Positions 60,347 to 64,000 of a stretch of DNA of 64,000 bases are shown in pieces. The first letter of the stretch is position 1; each line of letters begins with the position of its first letter. Below the pieces are notes generated by a model. It made no database searches. It was not told where the DNA came from and was given only the letters and a program-made list of their open reading frames with translations. This stretch comes from a bacterium (GTDB lineage Bacteria; Patescibacteriota; Minisyncoccia; Phycocordibacterales; UBA2100), in assembly GCA_021781955.1 (NCBI GenBank), contig JAJXVV010000002.1:10730-74729 (forward strand), in the 5' to 3' direction. Position numbers and translations under genes: made by a program.

Positions 60347-61360
60347 ATGGCCGTCCAAAAGTTCACTCATACATATCGGAGTATAGCTTCGCTTTCAAAC
60401 CTTCTCGAAGCATGGAAAGAGTTTGTGCGCGGCAAGCGGCATCGTGCGGACGTACAGGAGTTTGAGCTAAATCTGATGGGCAACGTCCTATCGCTACACA
60501 GCGACCTCACGGCAAAAACCTACAAGCACTCACCGTATGAGGCGTTCAACATTTCGGACCCGAAGCCACGCAACATCCACAAAGCCGCAGTGCGCGACCG
60601 TCTGCTCCACCACGCGCTCTACCGAAAGCTGTATCCGTTTTTCGATAAGACGTTCGTACCGCACTCGTATTCGTGTAGGAGAGGCAAGGGCGGCCATAAA
60701 GCACTCGACTGCTTCCGTAGATTTGCGTATCAGGTATCGCGCAACCACACACGCACGGTCTGGGTGCTGAAGTGCGACATCCGCAAGTTCTTTGCCTCGA
60801 TTGACCATGCGTGCCTTACCGCCATACTGCGGCGCTCTATCGAGGACGAGGATATTCTCTGGCTCTTGTCTCAAATCATCGAGAGTTTCTATTCGACCGA
60901 GAAAGGCGTCGGTCTGCCGCTCGGCAATCTCACCTCGCAACTTCTGGTGAACGTCTACATGAATGAGTTTGACCACTATGTAGCGCGACAACTCCGCATA
61001 CAGCACTACATCCGATACGCAGATGATTTCGTTTTCATGTCCGCCGACAAGCAAGGGCTGATAGAGCTTCTCCCGAGCATACGGGATTTTCTGTGGAACG
61101 AACTGCGGCTCACGCTGCATCCCGATAAGGTTTCTCTACGCACTGTCGCCTCGGGTGTGGATTTTCTCGGATGGGTGCATTTTCCAGACCATCGGGTGCT
61201 GCGTACAACGACGAAAAAGAGAATGTTCCGAGGCATCAGGGCGCAAGAGGGTAAAGAGGAAACGGTGCAGTCCTATTTCGGACTGATGAGCCACGGCAAT
61301 GCAAAGAAACTGCGGCGAGAGGTCGAAGATGAACTGGATGAAATGAAGAACGGCCTATAA
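60347..61360 (+). CDS. DGR reverse transcriptase
   Basis: YIRYADDFVF (YxDD) and LGNLTSQLLVNVYMNEF (DGR-RT-specific I/LGxxxSQ motif); 337 aa. Confidence 0.85.
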   Translation: MAVQKFTHTYRSIASLSNLLEAWKEFVRGKRHRADVQEFELNLMGNVLSLHSDLTAKTYKHSPYEAFNISDPKPRNIHKAAVRDRLLHHALYRKLYPFFDKTFVPHSYSCRRGKGGHKALDCFRRFAYQVSRNHTRTVWVLKCDIRKFFASIDHACLTAILRRSIEDEDILWLLSQIIESFYSTEKGVGLPLGNLTSQLLVNVYMNEFDHYVARQLRIQHYIRYADDFVFMSADKQGLIELLPSIRDFLWNELRLTLHPDKVSLRTVASGVDFLGWVHFPDHRVLRTTTKKRMFRGIRAQEGKEETVQSYFGLMSHGNAKKLRREVEDELDEMKNGL

Positions 61361-61480
61361 AAGCTGTTTTTCCACACCCTCATTGCACGTTCATCCTCCG
61401 TAGCTTATACTTTGCCTGTGCTTGTGGGGCGTCAGCCCTATTCGGCTACATCGTAAGCCGAAGGCGAGCACATCAAAGAG

Positions 61481-61505
61481 CGCCACCGAAGGGTGGTGTT
61501 TTTTG
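61481..61505. terminator. intrinsic terminator after RT (bidirectional with 61510..61989)
   Basis: CGCCACC-gaag-GGTGGTG + TTTTTTG. Confidence 0.55.
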
Positions 61506-61509
61506 TTGG

Positions 61510-61989
61510 CTAATCCTCATCGGGATTGCCTTTCATCGTGCTGATGAGCTTCATGTCGCGGTATTTGTTCGTAATCCAAGCGGGCACGATGCTCCAAAAG
61601 TGGAGCTGGCCGTTGTCGCCGATTTTCCGCACGATAACTTTTATCTTGCGCCCATCAATGATGGCGATGATGCCCCAGTATTTTACGGGCTTGCTTTTGC
61701 GGACGGGCTTCTTGTGGCTTTTCATCTCAAACTCCTTGAGCGTCTCCTCGTACTCTTGGTAGGTCGTCGAACGCTCCACGAGCTTCACAGCCCGCGATAG
61801 GAGCTTGAAGCGGAGTATCTGCGACGGGCGCTCGCGTTCGCTGCGCGAACCCTTGAATACAATGTGATTGAAGCCCTCGGCGGTGAAGTGGACGTAATCG
61901 TTCAGCGCGGGCGAGAACACGGGACCGATGCTGTGGTAGAACTTTTGCGCGTCGGCGCGGAGCTTTTCGTAGTTGGATACGTCTTCCAT
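61510..61989 (-). CDS. hypothetical protein (159 aa)
   Basis: clean ORF convergent with RT; no recognised motif. Confidence 0.35.
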   Translation of the reverse strand: MEDVSNYEKLRADAQKFYHSIGPVFSPALNDYVHFTAEGFNHIVFKGSRSERERPSQILRFKLLSRAVKLVERSTTYQEYEETLKEFEMKSHKKPVRKSKPVKYWGIIAIIDGRKIKVIVRKIGDNGQLHFWSIVPAWITNKYRDMKLISTMKGNPDED

Positions 61990-62080
61990 TGCGAGCAGTT
62001 TACACCGCCGCCATCAAATCTGGTATAGCGATTTTGTACCTGAAATCCGATTTTCCACCCAAAAGTACGGTTCTAACTTC

Positions 62081-62193
62081 GTCCAAGTCCCGCAGCAGTC
62101 TAGTTTAGTATCGATGGACCAAGAGTCGTCTCATATTTTGAGCCGTGTTTTTTGGATGCCCGATTTTAGTCCAAGAGGGGTCAAAAGTGCGAC
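62081..62193 (+). repeat. attR core (17 bp identical to tRNA-Gln 3' end) plus ~95-bp adjacent repeat unit, copy A
   Basis: GTCCAAGTCCCGCAGCAgtctagtttagtatcgatggaccaagag... Confidence 0.65.
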
Positions 62194-62265
62194 TCCAGGT
62201 TTTGAGCCATAAAAGTGGTTCGAGTCTTAGAAAGGTCATTTTGTGTGCAGTGGTATGATTCCGGC

Positions 62266-62964
62266 ATGCAACTAAAGGTTCCCTCTTGGAATATTTGGAT
62301 AGACGGACATTTTGATAGCATCAAAGATTTTCTTCGGGATGCGGATGCCGACATCATCGGGCTTCAAGAGGTGAAAGACGATGACCCGGAGCGTGACGTC
62401 ATCGGGTACCTTACCGAATTAGGCTACCAGCACGTCTTCACGCCCGTAGCAAAGAAATGGAAGGATAAGGTATATAGAGACGGGTGTGCAGTGTTTAGTA
62501 AGCACGAGATTGTCTCCTCCATGGTGCACAAACTATCCGAAAAAGACAGCAGATACGCGCAGCAGGCCGACGTAAAGATAAATGGTTCGATCCTGCACGT
62601 GTTTAGCACTCACCTCATCCACACTCACCAAAAGCCCTCCGAGGTTCAAGAACTCCAGGCAGAAACGCTGGTGGGTATTCTGCCTACAGAGCGAACCATC
62701 GTCATGGGTGATTTCAATGCCACGCCTGATAGCGCCACCATACAAAAGATGAAACGAGACATGTTCTACGATACTGATTCCGCATCCATGCCAACATGGA
62801 GCGTCTACCCGGAGGGGTGCCACATCTGCAACCCTCAAGCAATTGATATAAAACTCGATTACATCTTCGCAAGCAAGGACTTAAAAACAGCCTCGTTCAA
62901 AGTCGAAGAATCGAAAGGTTCGGATCACTTGCCGATCGCGGTTCTCGTGGAGAGAGGGTTATAG
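62266..62964 (+). CDS. endonuclease/exonuclease/phosphatase family protein (second EEP paralog)
   Basis: WNIWIDGH...IIGLQEV and C-terminal GSDHLPI. Confidence 0.7.
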   Translation: MQLKVPSWNIWIDGHFDSIKDFLRDADADIIGLQEVKDDDPERDVIGYLTELGYQHVFTPVAKKWKDKVYRDGCAVFSKHEIVSSMVHKLSEKDSRYAQQADVKINGSILHVFSTHLIHTHQKPSEVQELQAETLVGILPTERTIVMGDFNATPDSATIQKMKRDMFYDTDSASMPTWSVYPEGCHICNPQAIDIKLDYIFASKDLKTASFKVEESKGSDHLPIAVLVERGL

Positions 62965-62990
62965 TTGTAAGACGTAAGAGATAACCTGGT

Positions 62991-63518
62991 ATGAAACTTG
63001 TTTTGCCGTCGGTCGAGTATAAAGTTTCGTTTATTGAAGCAGTGAAAGAATTGCAGAGCGAGACTACCACGATGACCACGCGCAGGTATCGTGAACTTTC
63101 AATCCCCGAACTCGAAGCTGATTTTGAATCGTTCGCGGAAAAAGAGCGCAGTCACGCACGAGGGAAGAATCAGCCCGAGGGCTATGTGCCTCAGTCGGAA
63201 TTCTGGTTCGTCGACGGCGGTGAGTATATCGGGCATGTCGGTATTCGCCATGAACTCAACGAACACCTCAAGACAATCGGTGGACATATCGGTTATAGCA
63301 TTCGTCCTAGCAAGCGCGGTAAAGGATACGGCAATAAAATTCTAGAATTCGCGCTCCCCAAAGCAAAAGAACTTGGAATCAATTGCGTGCTTCTCACATG
63401 CGATGCAACGAACGTTGCCTCGCGCAAAGTCATAGAAAAAAATGGAGGCGTTCTCGAAAATCAGGTGCCGAACCCGCAAACAGGAATCGATAAGCTACGT
63501 TTTTGGATTGATATTTGA
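62991..63518 (+). CDS. GNAT family N-acetyltransferase
   Basis: acetyl-CoA motif A RPSKRGKGYGNKILEFAL and motif B region. Confidence 0.75.
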   Translation: MKLVLPSVEYKVSFIEAVKELQSETTTMTTRRYRELSIPELEADFESFAEKERSHARGKNQPEGYVPQSEFWFVDGGEYIGHVGIRHELNEHLKTIGGHIGYSIRPSKRGKGYGNKILEFALPKAKELGINCVLLTCDATNVASRKVIEKNGGVLENQVPNPQTGIDKLRFWIDI

Positions 63519-63591
63519 CCCCTCTCAGACTCGAACCGAAAATCTGAAACCGAAGCCTAGGTTTTAAAGCACGAAATCGGCATTGGTGAAG

Positions 63592-63708
63592 GTCCAAGAG
63601 CAGCAGCAGTCTAGTTTAGTATCGATAGACCAAGACCTGTCTCTATGGTTAGAGCCGTGTTTTTGATATGACCTCGATATCGTCCAAGACGGGTCAAAAA
63701 TGTGTCGA
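63592..63708 (+). repeat. degenerate second copy (copy B) of the att-containing repeat unit
   Basis: GTCCAAGagcagcagcaGTCTAGTTTAGTATCGATaGACCAAGA...; ~80% identical to copy A by eye, core 13/17. Confidence 0.55.
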
Positions 63709-63770
63709 CGGACACCACGTTTAACGTCTACGGTACCCCTGCCCAATTCTGTCGCTTCGGTGCACATTTT

Positions 63771-63803
63771 TGAGGTCTCCCGGCTCGGCTCGGGAGACCT
63801 TTG
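63771..63803 (+). terminator. perfect 10-bp stem-loop followed by T-rich run
   Basis: AGGTCTCCCG-gctcggct-CGGGAGACCT ttgatttt. Confidence 0.4.
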
Positions 63804-64000
63804 ATTTTCGAAGAACAGAAGTGGGTGGGAACATCTCACCACGCGACCATCACAAGGCCGCTTTCAATTCGAGAAAATCCCCCGCACAGAGCGGGAAGCA
63901 AAGGTGGGCGAGCGGACTTAATTTTAGGTGCGCCCGGATCACCTTGAACTTCGGGCATAAAATGGGAGCCCGCGCCGATACTCTGGCGCGGGCTTCAAAG

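Larger units (their letters stand above)
48343..62097. mobile_element. ~13.8-kb integrative island at the tRNA-Gln 3' end (serine recombinase, Rep_trans-like, Type III R-M, DGR)
   Basis: 17-bp direct repeat GTCCAAGTCCCGCAGCA at 48328-48344 (tRNA 3' end) and 62081-62097; recombinase next to tRNA. Confidence 0.7.

Noticed and set aside
62081-63708. CRISPR array
   Set aside because: Only two ~115-bp imperfect repeat copies separated by 1.4 kb of coding DNA and matching the tRNA-Gln 3' end; these are att-site remnants, not CRISPR repeats. No cas genes in the window.

Overview
This is a high-G+C (~60%+) bacterial chromosome segment. Its gene content suggests a small-genome, CPR/Patescibacteria-like organism: tRNA genes lack an encoded CCA, there are DUF5652/DUF5667/DUF5666 proteins, a secretin-less type IV pilus, and minimal housekeeping genes. 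That placement is an inference, not a computed result. The core part (1-48.2 kb) carries a class II (adenosylcobalamin) ribonucleotide reductase (RNR) with a cobalamin adenosyltransferase and a putative vitamin-transporter S component. It also carries an ECF sigma/DUF5667 pair, a large type IV pilus/competence locus, and housekeeping genes (ligA, gatCA, prfB, ftsEX, pyrG, purine salvage, rsuA-like). Three tRNA loci have foreign DNA next to them. At tRNA-Ser(GCT) there is a decayed tyrosine-integrase remnant. At tRNA-Met there is a low-G+C islet with cspA. At tRNA-Gln(CUG) there is a ~13.8-kb integrative island (48.3-62.1 kb) with 17-bp direct repeats. The island carries a large serine recombinase, a Rep_trans-like protein, orphan proteins, a Type III restriction-modification (R-M) system (mod/res) and a complete diversity-generating retroelement (DGR). 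The DGR has a 124-bp VR/TR pair with 21 mismatches, all at TR adenines. It also has an Avd-family gene on the opposite strand inside the TR-RT spacer, a G12 homopolymer in the avd/RT divergent promoter, and a DGR-type reverse transcriptase. A second ~1.5-kb module (EEP hydrolase + GNAT), ending in a degenerate copy of the ~115-bp att-containing repeat, follows the island in tandem. No rRNA genes or CRISPR arrays are present.
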